A stretch of 64,000 bases of DNA from Candidatus Peregrinibacteria bacterium GW2011_GWF2_39_17 (GTDB lineage: Bacteria > Patescibacteriota > Gracilibacteria > UBA1369 > UBA12473). The DNA is taken from assembly GCA_000993615.1 (NCBI GenBank), contig LBWM01000003.1, positions 16,125 to 80,124 on the forward strand, read 5' to 3'. Shown in pieces: positions 44,861-54,364 of the stretch; position 1 is the first letter of the stretch, and each line of letters starts with the position of its first letter. The notes below the pieces were generated by a model. That model was not told where the DNA came from, made no database searches, and saw nothing but the letters and a program-made list of their open reading frames with translations. The translations under genes and the position numbers were made by a program.

Positions 44861-45946
44861 ATGAAAGCAGTAATCCTGGCTGGCGGCACCGGCACTCGTC
44901 TTTGGCCGCTTAGTCGCCTCAAAAAACCAAAGCAATTTCAGAAATTTACCTCAAATAAAACTCTTTTTCAGGAAACCGTAGCGCGTCTTTCTTTTTTAAA
45001 ACCAAAAGATATTTATGTGGCCACTAATCAGGCTTTTTTGAATTATGTCCAAACTCAAGCCCCACAAATCCCCAACGAAAATATAATTATTGAGCCGGCT
45101 TTGCGCGACACAGCTTCCTGCATTGGCTTGGCAGCAGCAGTTATTGCCAAGCAATTTCCAAATGAAGTAATGGCCGTGATTTACGCTGATCACTTAATTA
45201 AAAATAAAAAAGAATTTGCCAAAAAACTCAAAATTGCCGAGCAAGTGGCGAAGGAGGACGAAACCTTAAATATTATTGAGGTTAAGGCTAAATTTCCAAA
45301 CATCAACCTAGGATATGTAAAAATCGGAAAAATGCTAAAAACCATTAAGGAAGTGGATATTTTTTCCTTTGAAAAATTCATTGAAAAGCCGGATTTAAAG
45401 ACAGCCCAAAAATTTTTACAATCCTATAAATATTTGTGGAATACCGGGTATTACGTATGGAAGGTGTCAACTATTTTGGAAGCTTACCAGGCTCATCTAC
45501 CGGAGACCTATCGTCACCTAATGGCAATCCAGGAAAAGCTGGGGACAACTCAGGAAAAAGCGACCCTAAAACAAGAATATCCACTTTGTGAAAAGATTTC
45601 CATTGACTATGGAATTATGGAAAAGGTGGATCCCAAAATAGTACGTATTATTCCTGCGGATTTGGGCTGGAGCGACATTGGGACTTGGCGATCTTTACAT
45701 CAGGAACTAGTTAAAAACCCAACCGCTAATTTTGTTAATGGCGAATTTCTAGCCAAAGAAACCCATGGATCGGTTCTTTACAACACGGAAAAAGAAAAAA
45801 TGATTGCGGTGGTGGGCATGGAAAATGTCGCGGTCGTAAACACGAAAGATGCGATACTGATTTGTAATTTGGCTAAAGATTGCTCCCCGCAGATTAAAAA
45901 GGTGGTGGAAATTTTAAAAACGGAAGGGAGGGAAGATTTACTTTAG
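44861..45946 (+). CDS. manC: Mannose-1-phosphate guanylyltransferase (GMP domain only)
   Basis: ILAGGTGTRLWPLSR..KPKQF, SIDYGIMEK, WSDIGTW. Confidence 0.92.
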   Translation: MKAVILAGGTGTRLWPLSRLKKPKQFQKFTSNKTLFQETVARLSFLKPKDIYVATNQAFLNYVQTQAPQIPNENIIIEPALRDTASCIGLAAAVIAKQFPNEVMAVIYADHLIKNKKEFAKKLKIAEQVAKEDETLNIIEVKAKFPNINLGYVKIGKMLKTIKEVDIFSFEKFIEKPDLKTAQKFLQSYKYLWNTGYYVWKVSTILEAYQAHLPETYRHLMAIQEKLGTTQEKATLKQEYPLCEKISIDYGIMEKVDPKIVRIIPADLGWSDIGTWRSLHQELVKNPTANFVNGEFLAKETHGSVLYNTEKEKMIAVVGMENVAVVNTKDAILICNLAKDCSPQIKKVVEILKTEGREDLL

Positions 45947-45964
45947 CGGCTAAATTCTGCTTTT

Positions 45965-46669
45965 TTACTTAATTTCAATCATCTTTGCCCCATATCTCTT
46001 CAAAAGAGCCTCGACACGAGGAGTTTTTAGTGGAGGTTCAGGTTCATTCTGACGGCCTTTTTTAGCTATATCTGCTGCTTCTCTAGGCGAAATTTTACCA
46101 TTAAAAACGTCCTGTAAAATAATTGCCCTGTCCTGAATAATGTTATTTATGGCATCTCTTGTCGCAATAGCCAGGGGAGTAACACTTGACTGACGTAAGG
46201 AAAATTCAGCAGGCAAAATATTAGGAGTAACATTAGTTGGAAATTCTATCTGATTGCTGACGGGGGGAATAGAATCTGGATCTCTACTTTTCTCATGACC
46301 ATCTGGATAATAATAATCCATTCTACATAAACTGATTCCGAAATAACCCATCACATCATGGAAACGAGAACTTCCTTTTAATATTTGGCTAATTTCTCCG
46401 GTAAACGAACTGTCCATTGCCATTTTTAAGACTAACACGTTTGTATCTACATCATAACGATTTATGCCAACTTTAGCAGTAAAATATTCATCCTCCCCTG
46501 TAAATTGAGCAGATATAGTACCACTTCCTGCTCTAAAACTTGCGCTAAAACCGATAATAAAATCAATTAACCTGGAAACATTTCTTCCCATTTTGTGGTC
46601 TATTTCCGGAAGAAAAGCTTGATCACTAGAACGAATAGGTAGTAATTCCTCTTCTTGTAATTTTTTCAT
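45965..46669 (-). CDS. Hypothetical protein (paralog of 46687-47433)
   Basis: Shares FPxN...LP..(F/Y)xLRQS..PL and RV..L...G with its neighbour. Confidence 0.7.
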   Translation of the reverse strand: MKKLQEEELLPIRSSDQAFLPEIDHKMGRNVSRLIDFIIGFSASFRAGSGTISAQFTGEDEYFTAKVGINRYDVDTNVLVLKMAMDSSFTGEISQILKGSSRFHDVMGYFGISLCRMDYYYPDGHEKSRDPDSIPPVSNQIEFPTNVTPNILPAEFSLRQSSVTPLAIATRDAINNIIQDRAIILQDVFNGKISPREAADIAKKGRQNEPEPPLKTPRVEALLKRYGAKMIEIK

Positions 46670-46686
46670 AGTGGATAATTAAAGAA

Positions 46687-47433
46687 TTAAATCAAGAAAT
46701 ATTTTGTTTTTTTTCTTTCATATGTGCCGCCACTTATCCGAGATACCCAATTGAAGACTTTATCACTAAGACTACGACGATATCCTCTCATTTCAAAAAG
46801 ATCATCAACTCTGCTAGAACTGATTGGCACTCCATATCCGTCCGGTAGTCGATCATTTTCATCTTTTTGCCCTGGGTCGGTGCTTTTTAAAAAAGCACAA
46901 ACTGTCCCCGCTGTTTCCGCTTCATCGCTCTCACCTAGCAAGGGATTACAAGATTGGCGTAAGGCATATACTGGCGGAAGATTTGCCTGATTAATAGGAA
47001 ACCCCGTGTTTACAACTTCCGCCTCACCACTATCATTAAGTGTATTGGAAATAAACCGAATAAATTCAAATTTTCCGTGATGAGCCAAAATGGACTGCAG
47101 GCGTTGACTATTTTGAAAAGCGATATAAAGAGCACTGGGGATTTCACTAGATAATTCTAAGGTAAAACATATTTCCTTTGCGTCGATATCAAACGAAAGC
47201 GCTACCCCAGGAAATTGTTCATTTATTATCTGTTCGCTGGGGACATAACCAGCATTAACCATTCCACAGATTCCAACAACCCAATCAACTATAGCGGCAC
47301 CTTCTGCTGCTAATTTTTCCCTAGAACTATGCCCGCTATGAGTTTGCGCCATCAATGCCCTTGTGTAAATGCCCTGGTTATTACCTACTTCCTGCTCATC
47401 ATGACGAAGGCTAATAGCCTCTGAGTTTCCCAT
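46687..47433 (-). CDS. Hypothetical protein (paralog of 45965-46669)
   Basis: Same shared motifs as its neighbour. Confidence 0.7.
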   Translation of the reverse strand: MGNSEAISLRHDEQEVGNNQGIYTRALMAQTHSGHSSREKLAAEGAAIVDWVVGICGMVNAGYVPSEQIINEQFPGVALSFDIDAKEICFTLELSSEIPSALYIAFQNSQRLQSILAHHGKFEFIRFISNTLNDSGEAEVVNTGFPINQANLPPVYALRQSCNPLLGESDEAETAGTVCAFLKSTDPGQKDENDRLPDGYGVPISSSRVDDLFEMRGYRRSLSDKVFNWVSRISGGTYERKKTKYFLI

Positions 47434-47573
47434 AAAAAAGAGATTTAAAAATTAAAAAAAACTCAAATTTAAAATCAAGAAGTTTTTACTTTACAAATAT
47501 TTTTTAATAATGTCAATGTTATTCCTTGGCTGCTTTCTGGGAAATTGCCTGATTTTCCGCTAAATTATGAGCC

Positions 47574-47978
47574 ATGCACGATCTTCAAATCAAACTTAAA
47601 CCTTGGGGGCGAGAAATCTGGTTTGCCCATACCCCAAAATATGCTGGTAAAATTTTAGAGGTAAAAAAAGGACATCGACTTTCATTGCAATTTCATGAAC
47701 AGAAGGAAGAAACTCAGTATCTTTATTCCGGGAGCGTTAAATTTACAATTGGTCATGACGAGCAACATTTGGAGGAACGCATCTTAAAGCCAGGGCAAAA
47801 GGTGGATATTCAACCCGGGATGATTCATCGAATAGAAGCCTTAGAAGACGCTCAAATTTTCGAAGTTTCCACTCCAGAGCTGGATGATGTGATAAAATTA
47901 GCAGATGATTACGGAAGGAGCGGCAAGGGGAATGACGAAAACCTTGATCAAACCCTAGCTAACGAGCTAAAGTCCTAA
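47574..47978 (+). CDS. Cupin, type II mannose-6-phosphate isomerase-like
   Basis: KPWG, RLSLQFH..KEET, HRIEA, EVSTPELDD. Confidence 0.85.
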   Translation: MHDLQIKLKPWGREIWFAHTPKYAGKILEVKKGHRLSLQFHEQKEETQYLYSGSVKFTIGHDEQHLEERILKPGQKVDIQPGMIHRIEALEDAQIFEVSTPELDDVIKLADDYGRSGKGNDENLDQTLANELKS

Positions 47979-48022
47979 TACTTAAATTTTTATTTTTCGC
48001 TATCCTTAATAAATTTTTGTTT

Positions 48023-51000
48023 ATGAAAAAACGTCTTCTGACTCAACTGGTGCTTATTGGCCTTTTAACCTTAACTTTTGGCTATTTCAGCCTTCCTTAT
48101 GACCAGCAAAAAAGCTTGTTTCCGTTTACTCCGGAAAGCCTGGCTCAACAAAAAATCAACCTTGGCCTTGATCTGCAAGGGGGTAGCCAACTTGATTACA
48201 AAATCGACTTAAGGAGAGTTGACTCAAAAGACCAAGAACAAATTATTGAGGGGGTTTTAGAAGTCATTAATAAGCGTGTAAACGGGCTAGGAGTAGCGGA
48301 ACCAAATATTTATCGCTCAAAAGTTGGCGATGAGGAGCATATTGTGGTGGAATTAGCCGGGATTAAAGATTTGGAAGAAGCTAAGGCCACAGTGGGTAAA
48401 ACCATCCAACTGGAATTCAAAGAGGAAAATCACGACCCTATGACTGCCGACATGGTAAATACTATTAAGAGAAATGCACAAAACACTTTGGACAGGATCT
48501 TAGATGGTGAAGATTTCTCATCCGTAGCTGAAGAAGAAAGCCTGGCTAACCCCAGCCAAGTACAACATTTTGCAATAAGCGAAGGTGAGGACAATTACTC
48601 CTTTAAAAGCACTCTTCCAACTGAATATTTCCCAGCCTTGGACGAACTTGAATTAGGAACCGTAATCCCGAATGTGATTCAAACTACTGATGGTTATACT
48701 TTCGATGAAACTGGTAATTTGGCTCCATTGGAAGGTTTTTTCTTGGTAAAGCTTTATGACCGCAAAGAAGGCGAAAAGGATGTCCATGAAGATAAAGAGG
48801 TTAAAGCCAGCCATGTTCTGATTGCTTACCAGGGTTCCTCAAAAGCAGATGAGAGTATCACTCGTACCAAAGAAGAAGCGCAGGCTTTAACAGAAGAAAT
48901 TCACCAAAAAGCCTTAAACGGAGAAGATTTTGGAGAATTGGCCATCCAATATTCTGATGAACCTGGGGCTAAAGACACCAGCGGTGATTTAGGCTTTTTT
49001 AAACCAGGGGTAATGAGTAAACCATTTGAAGATGCGGCCTTTGCCCTTGAGAAAGGTCAAATTTCTGATGTGGTAGAAACTGAATTTGGCTTTCATGTTA
49101 TTAAGGTAACAGATATCACCCCGGCTAAAGATGAAAAAGTAAAAGAGATGGAATATCGTCTGGAAAAATTATTTTTCTCCACAGCCCCTGACCCCTGGAA
49201 GCAAACTGAACTTACCGGAGAATATTTTAAACACGCGGATGTTGCGTTTACCCAAACTTATAGCCCTTATGTAGCCATTGAATTTACAACCGAAGGAGGG
49301 AAATTATTTGAGCAACTGACGGAACGCAATGTCAATAAGCGATTAGCAATTTTTGTAGGGGGGCAGCTTATTTCCGCTCCTAATGTAAATGAGAAAATTT
49401 CAGGGGGAAGAGCGCAAATTACGGGTAATTTTAGCGTTGAAGACGCCACTAATTTAGCGCGAGATCTTAATACTGGGGCTATCCCTGCACCCATTGTTTT
49501 AGTGGGACAATATACCATTGGCGCTTCCCTTGGGCATGATGCTTTAAATAGTAGTGTAAAGGCTGGCATCGTGGGGCTGATTATTTTGGCGCTTTTCATG
49601 ATTGTTTATTATCGATTCCTTGGATTTTTAGCTAACATTGCCCTTCTTATTTACGCCCTGGCACTCATTTTCTTTATTAAAATCGCCTTGCCTTTGTGGC
49701 TGGCCTTAATTATTGGCTTAGTGATTTTTGGATTTTTGGTTTCCGCAATTCTGCGCTCTAAAGATTCTGGGTGGGAAAAATTCATTTCCTTTGCAGTAGC
49801 TTGTTTTGTTCTATTTTTCATTACCTTTGTCCTAGCCACTCCGATTGTTCTGACTTTGGCGGGCGTGGCTGGAGTTGTTCTTTCAATTGGAATGGCCGTG
49901 GATGCCAATATTTTGATTTTTGAACGAATTCGCGAGGAATTAAGAAATAAACGTCCGCTTTCTGGCGCTATTGAAATTGGTTTTGAAAGAGCGTGGAGTT
50001 CGATTCGTGATTCAAATTTTTCCTCACTTATTACTACCGCAATTCTTATTTATTTTGGAACTTCAATTATTAAGGGGTTTGCCATGAACCTTGCTCTTGG
50101 TATTTTGATTTCCATGTTTACGGCCATTACCATTACCCGCACTTTCCTACGCCTAATGGTTGGAACTTCCTTGGCAAACAATCAATTCCTACTTGGTGTT
50201 CCCAAAACACCTCATCCAGCTTTACGTATTGTCCAAAATAGAAAAATTTGGTTTGGCTTCTCCGGGATTTTGATAATTATTGCCTTAATTGCCTTACCTT
50301 TGAATGGCCTAAAATTTGGTCTCGATTTTACAGGTGGCACTTTAATGGAAATTCAATTTAACCAACCAGTAGAAACTAAGGACGTAACTGATACGTTAAA
50401 AGAGGTTGAAAATAAGCTTTTAACCTCACAGGTGACACAACAGCAACCACTAGATATTAGCCCTGAAGATGAGACTATTTTGATTAATTTTGGGGAACCA
50501 ATAGTGGTATCTAGTGGTGAAAATTCCGTTATAGTTCGCCTTAAGCACATTTCGAACGAAACTCATGACGCAATTTCAGCGGCCTTCACGGAAAAATTTG
50601 GGACATTTGAAGAAACGCGCTACACCACCATTGGGCCCACAATTGGCCAAACGATGAAAACAAAAGCCGTGATTGCCCTAGGTATGGCTTTGCTTATGAT
50701 GGTTGTTTATATCGCCTTTGCCTTTAGAAAGGTGCCGCGAGAATTGAACCCTTGGCGCTTTGGTTTGACAGCCATTGCAGCTTTGGCGCATGATCTGACC
50801 ATTACTGTTGGCGTGTTTGTAATCCTGGGTAAAGTATTTGGGGTGGAAATCGATGCTCTTTTCATTACCGCCTTACTGACAATTTTGGGTTTTTCAGTTC
50901 ACGATACAATCGTTGTTTTTGACCGTATTCGTGAAAATCTAAAATTACAGCAAAAAGGCGAAACCTTTGAGGAAGTAGCAAATCGCGCGGTAAATGAAAC

Positions 51001-51196
51001 CTTAGCGCGCTCCATTAATACCTCAGCTTCTACTTTATTTACCATTTTGGCTCTATTTGCTTTAGGGGCCGGATCAATCCATTATTTCCTATTAGCCTTA
51101 ATTGTGGGACTCGTTTCCGGGACTTATTCATCTATCTTCACGGCTACTCCCCTTCTGGTAGCCTGGGATAAATGGAAGCCAAAAAAGGGAAATTAG
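48023..51196 (+). CDS. secDF: SecD-SecF fusion with parvulin-type PPIase insertion
   Basis: LGLDLQGG, GMAVDANILIFERIREE, GLDFTGG, SVHDTIVVFDRIRE. Rotamase motifs ASHVLI, GDLGFF, TEFGFHVIKV. Confidence 0.93.
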   Translation: MKKRLLTQLVLIGLLTLTFGYFSLPYDQQKSLFPFTPESLAQQKINLGLDLQGGSQLDYKIDLRRVDSKDQEQIIEGVLEVINKRVNGLGVAEPNIYRSKVGDEEHIVVELAGIKDLEEAKATVGKTIQLEFKEENHDPMTADMVNTIKRNAQNTLDRILDGEDFSSVAEEESLANPSQVQHFAISEGEDNYSFKSTLPTEYFPALDELELGTVIPNVIQTTDGYTFDETGNLAPLEGFFLVKLYDRKEGEKDVHEDKEVKASHVLIAYQGSSKADESITRTKEEAQALTEEIHQKALNGEDFGELAIQYSDEPGAKDTSGDLGFFKPGVMSKPFEDAAFALEKGQISDVVETEFGFHVIKVTDITPAKDEKVKEMEYRLEKLFFSTAPDPWKQTELTGEYFKHADVAFTQTYSPYVAIEFTTEGGKLFEQLTERNVNKRLAIFVGGQLISAPNVNEKISGGRAQITGNFSVEDATNLARDLNTGAIPAPIVLVGQYTIGASLGHDALNSSVKAGIVGLIILALFMIVYYRFLGFLANIALLIYALALIFFIKIALPLWLALIIGLVIFGFLVSAILRSKDSGWEKFISFAVACFVLFFITFVLATPIVLTLAGVAGVVLSIGMAVDANILIFERIREELRNKRPLSGAIEIGFERAWSSIRDSNFSSLITTAILIYFGTSIIKGFAMNLALGILISMFTAITITRTFLRLMVGTSLANNQFLLGVPKTPHPALRIVQNRKIWFGFSGILIIIALIALPLNGLKFGLDFTGGTLMEIQFNQPVETKDVTDTLKEVENKLLTSQVTQQQPLDISPEDETILINFGEPIVVSSGENSVIVRLKHISNETHDAISAAFTEKFGTFEETRYTTIGPTIGQTMKTKAVIALGMALLMMVVYIAFAFRKVPRELNPWRFGLTAIAALAHDLTITVGVFVILGKVFGVEIDALFITALLTILGFSVHDTIVVFDRIRENLKLQQKGETFEEVANRAVNETLARSINTSASTLFTILALFALGAGSIHYFLLALIVGLVSGTYSSIFTATPLLVAWDKWKPKKGN

Positions 51197-51363
51197 GAAG
51201 AAGAAAACCATCTTCAAAAATCCTAGACTTTTCAATAAAAAAATGGGATAAATATATTGTTTCACTTTCTTATATTTTAGTGATCTTGTCTGCCAATTCA
51301 ATAAGAATGGGCTCTAGGCAAGATTATAAAAATTAAGTAAGTATATATTTAACCCCTCCTAAA

Positions 51364-51711
51364 ATGAAAAAATGGCTTATAGGAATTAGCCTTGCTCTCT
51401 TTATCCTAGTAATAATCGGTTGTGGATCCACTTCATCTACATCTGAAAATTATAGTACCAAATATTTTAAATATGCAGTTTCTGACATCTATTCTAATGG
51501 TAATCACCTTCAATCCTTAGTTAGGATTAATGAATCAACCAATGAACAAGAAATAGTTATTGATGATTTGTATGCGCAATATAATACTTATTTCCAAATC
51601 GAGGAGCAGCCGGATAATTCCGACACCATTATTTTAAAAACTGTTGTCGAAGAAGGAGAAGGGCAACTTTATGAATACAATACCTTGAATGGAACATTCA
51701 AACTTATTTAG
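51364..51711 (+). CDS. Putative lipoprotein
   Basis: MKK + hydrophobic stretch + IIGC lipobox. Confidence 0.7.
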   Translation: MKKWLIGISLALFILVIIGCGSTSSTSENYSTKYFKYAVSDIYSNGNHLQSLVRINESTNEQEIVIDDLYAQYNTYFQIEEQPDNSDTIILKTVVEEGEGQLYEYNTLNGTFKLI

Positions 51712-51726
51712 TGATAAATAAGCTTT

Positions 51727-52149
51727 TTAAGCACTTTTTGCGTTCTTATCAAGATTTTTGAAATTGGTTACTAGGTAATTCCAAGCTTGAATTTCGTTCC
51801 CGACCCCAGAAATGATCACGCTATTACTGAGCGTAGGTAATTTTGTGTCATCTAAGTTCTCAGCAACAACTGTCACCACTACATTTTCGCTTAATTTATT
51901 TTTTTCAAATACAATGGTCACTTTTACATTGGTATCTGGTAAACCTAAATTTTTTAGTACTTGCGGCATATCAGGTTCAAATTGATATTTATCTAGCCTC
52001 GCAGATTTACTAAATCCCTTAACCTCAGAAATCTTTATTACTGGCCTACTAGTTTCTACTTTCGCCATTAACTCCTGGAGTTGCTTCGCGGTTTCCTTAG
52101 GTGCAGACTCTGACTTTTCAATATTGCCAGGCATTCCTTCAAAACTCAT
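51727..52149 (-). CDS. Hypothetical protein
   Basis: ORF. Start taken as MSFEG. Confidence 0.6.
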   Translation of the reverse strand: MSFEGMPGNIEKSESAPKETAKQLQELMAKVETSRPVIKISEVKGFSKSARLDKYQFEPDMPQVLKNLGLPDTNVKVTIVFEKNKLSENVVVTVVAENLDDTKLPTLSNSVIISGVGNEIQAWNYLVTNFKNLDKNAKSA

Positions 52150-52341
52150 ATGGATCATCCTTTTAGGCAAAGCCTTCAGAGTATATAAATTAACTTCAAA
52201 TTTTTTAAGTAACATTGATGTTTGTTTTAGGAATAAAAAAATAGTAAAAATTAATTACCAAGATTGACAAATCTTTAAATTATATCATTTTATTATCGAA
52301 AATACAAGAGGCACATTACTACTGCGCCATATTAAGAAACT

Positions 52342-53547
52342 TCATTCAACGATGGATTTCAAAGATTCAACATCTATTTTAGAAATCTGGGCTCGTGGCG
52401 AAGTTAATTTATCAATTACGCCTTGCTGGTTTCTGGTTTGGAGCATTAAAGTTTTAACATCAGTTGGTGAAAATTGCTGTAAACGCATTTTCCCCTTTTT
52501 AAAATTAATATCGTCCTTAATATCACTTCGAAGTGTATTGGCTTTTTCAAGGACAGAAACACCACTTTGAGCCGAAAGCAAGTCAAGGGCGTTTCGCATG
52601 TTGATGTGATGGTCAAATTCAGCGATTAAACTGACAATATTTTCTCGATCTCGCGGGTCCATTTGCTCCGCCAGTTCGTAAGAGCTAATTTTCTTAAAAG
52701 TGGCTAAAACAACGGCCATAGCATCTGGAGAAATCACAAAAACCTCGTAGCCTTTCTCGTAAAAATACGTTTTCGTTAAAGACATGATGGCCTCGCCTGG
52801 AATCACCAAAAAAACCATTGGATAAATTCGTGGATCATTATTGATTTTTTCAACGGTTGACTTAACAGCAGTATTTGCAAAATAATTTTGCAAATTATCT
52901 GATTTAGAACACTTGGCATCAAAAATCACATATTGTCCTAAAAACTCAATCATGAAATCCGGCTTAAATTTACCCCCAAAGCCATCCGGTAAATTTTTAT
53001 TATCAAATGTTGTAAAACCGTACTGGGGCAATTTGCATAATTCCACTAACTGATTTTTAACGTTATTTTCATGCTCAGCCCATATTCGATCGCGAGTTTC
53101 TTTTTCTTTTTGATCGCGTTCTTCATCCTCCTTCCGAACCCTTCTTTTTTCATCATCAAGAGCATTTTTAGCTTCATCTAATTTTTGAATTTTTTGCTCT
53201 AGTTCTTTGGCCATTCTCGCTTCATCGGACTGAAATCGAGTTACCTCCTTACTAAGGCGTTCCCTGTCTTTAAGCAAACTTTCATTCTCCGCCTTAAGCG
53301 ATGTTTTTTCAGCAAATAATTGTTTGTTTTTACCTGCTAATTCATCTTTTAAAGTTTTTTCAGTTTGAAGATTAGAAATAATTTCCCCTAGCTGCTTATC
53401 CCGATGACTTAAATCTGCCTTGAGCTTAGCATTTTCTTCTATATTTCGAAAATCATTGGAATCGTTTTTAGGCTTTAATAATAATTGATAAAGTACAATA
53501 CCAAGTCCGATTAAAAGCAGAGTCAATAAAATATTGGTAATTCCCAT
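52342..53547 (-). CDS. rmuC: RmuC-like protein (TM, coiled coil, PD-(D/E)xK domain)
   Basis: N-terminal TM, long coiled coil, KPDFMI...IFDAK, FLVIPGEA, ISP. Confidence 0.7.
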   Translation of the reverse strand: MGITNILLTLLLIGLGIVLYQLLLKPKNDSNDFRNIEENAKLKADLSHRDKQLGEIISNLQTEKTLKDELAGKNKQLFAEKTSLKAENESLLKDRERLSKEVTRFQSDEARMAKELEQKIQKLDEAKNALDDEKRRVRKEDEERDQKEKETRDRIWAEHENNVKNQLVELCKLPQYGFTTFDNKNLPDGFGGKFKPDFMIEFLGQYVIFDAKCSKSDNLQNYFANTAVKSTVEKINNDPRIYPMVFLVIPGEAIMSLTKTYFYEKGYEVFVISPDAMAVVLATFKKISSYELAEQMDPRDRENIVSLIAEFDHHINMRNALDLLSAQSGVSVLEKANTLRSDIKDDINFKKGKMRLQQFSPTDVKTLMLQTRNQQGVIDKLTSPRAQISKIDVESLKSIVE

Positions 53548-53572
53548 AATGAATAAATTTTAAAAAACAGGA

Positions 53573-53741
53573 TGCTTGGAGCTGCCTCTATGAAGAAGTT
53601 CGGACTCATTTTAAAGCATCTGGAGGCTAGCCTCCAGAGATTTTTTAAAAAACCGCCTGAAACCTGCGCCAGCGTGCGTTGAAAGGGGGCGGGCGGCGCG
53701 CAATGGGGCTTTGTGAAAATTCGACACGGAAAAGGACGGGC
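53573..53741 (+). repeat. Left inverted repeat arm
   Basis: 53573-53646 is the exact reverse complement of 62839-62912 (74 bp). 53705-53741 is the exact reverse complement of 62718-62754 (37 bp). Confidence 0.95.
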
Positions 53742-53809
53742 GGGCAAGAATATTGGCAAGTACCCATGGAAACCCATTAGCATCAATAGAATTTTAAAAA
53801 AACTGATGC

Positions 53810-54364
53810 CTAATAATTATTTTTCAACTCACGAATGAGATTTTTGTAATTTGGTAATGCTTTTTCCACCAGGTTCCAGTATTTTCGACCGTGACTTAAT
53901 TCCTTGAGATGACAAAGTTCGTGAACAACAATGTACTGCGCCAAGTGAAGCGGTAAAAATACAATCCTATAATTAAAATTCAAGTTCCCCTTTTTTGAGC
54001 AGCTTCCCCATTTTGTTTTATGACTCTTAATAGTGATTTTTTTGTATTTTAAGTCACATACTTTATTAAATTTTTTAATAATTCTAAGTGCTAATTCATA
54101 AGCTCGTTCCTTATTCTGTTCAAAGCCGACAGATTGATTTTTAACTTTGATCCCCTTGGCTTCTCTAAAATAATCCAATTTTGCAGATATCCACTTTGAT
54201 TTTTGCCTTAAATAAGCCTCTACATCCGAAACAGTTTTGTGATGAGGCAGCGTAACAACGACATCGCTATTATAATAAACTGCTATCCGTAAGCGTTTTG
54301 CGCGGGTGCTTTTCCTTATCGAATAAGGAATTTTGCGGTCATAGAGTGTAATTTCTGTCATCAT
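53810..54364 (-). CDS. YgjP/DUF45 (M48-like) metallopeptidase, typical hsdR neighbour
   Basis: KWGSCS, YIVVHELCHL..HG..YW. Confidence 0.9.
   Translation of the reverse strand: MMTEITLYDRKIPYSIRKSTRAKRLRIAVYYNSDVVVTLPHHKTVSDVEAYLRQKSKWISAKLDYFREAKGIKVKNQSVGFEQNKERAYELALRIIKKFNKVCDLKYKKITIKSHKTKWGSCSKKGNLNFNYRIVFLPLHLAQYIVVHELCHLKELSHGRKYWNLVEKALPNYKNLIRELKNNY

Noticed and set aside
53523..53786. 87-aa ORF sharing KNLWRLASRCFKMSPNFFIEAAPS with ORF 62732-63133
   Set aside because: The identity comes from translating the inverted repeat arms
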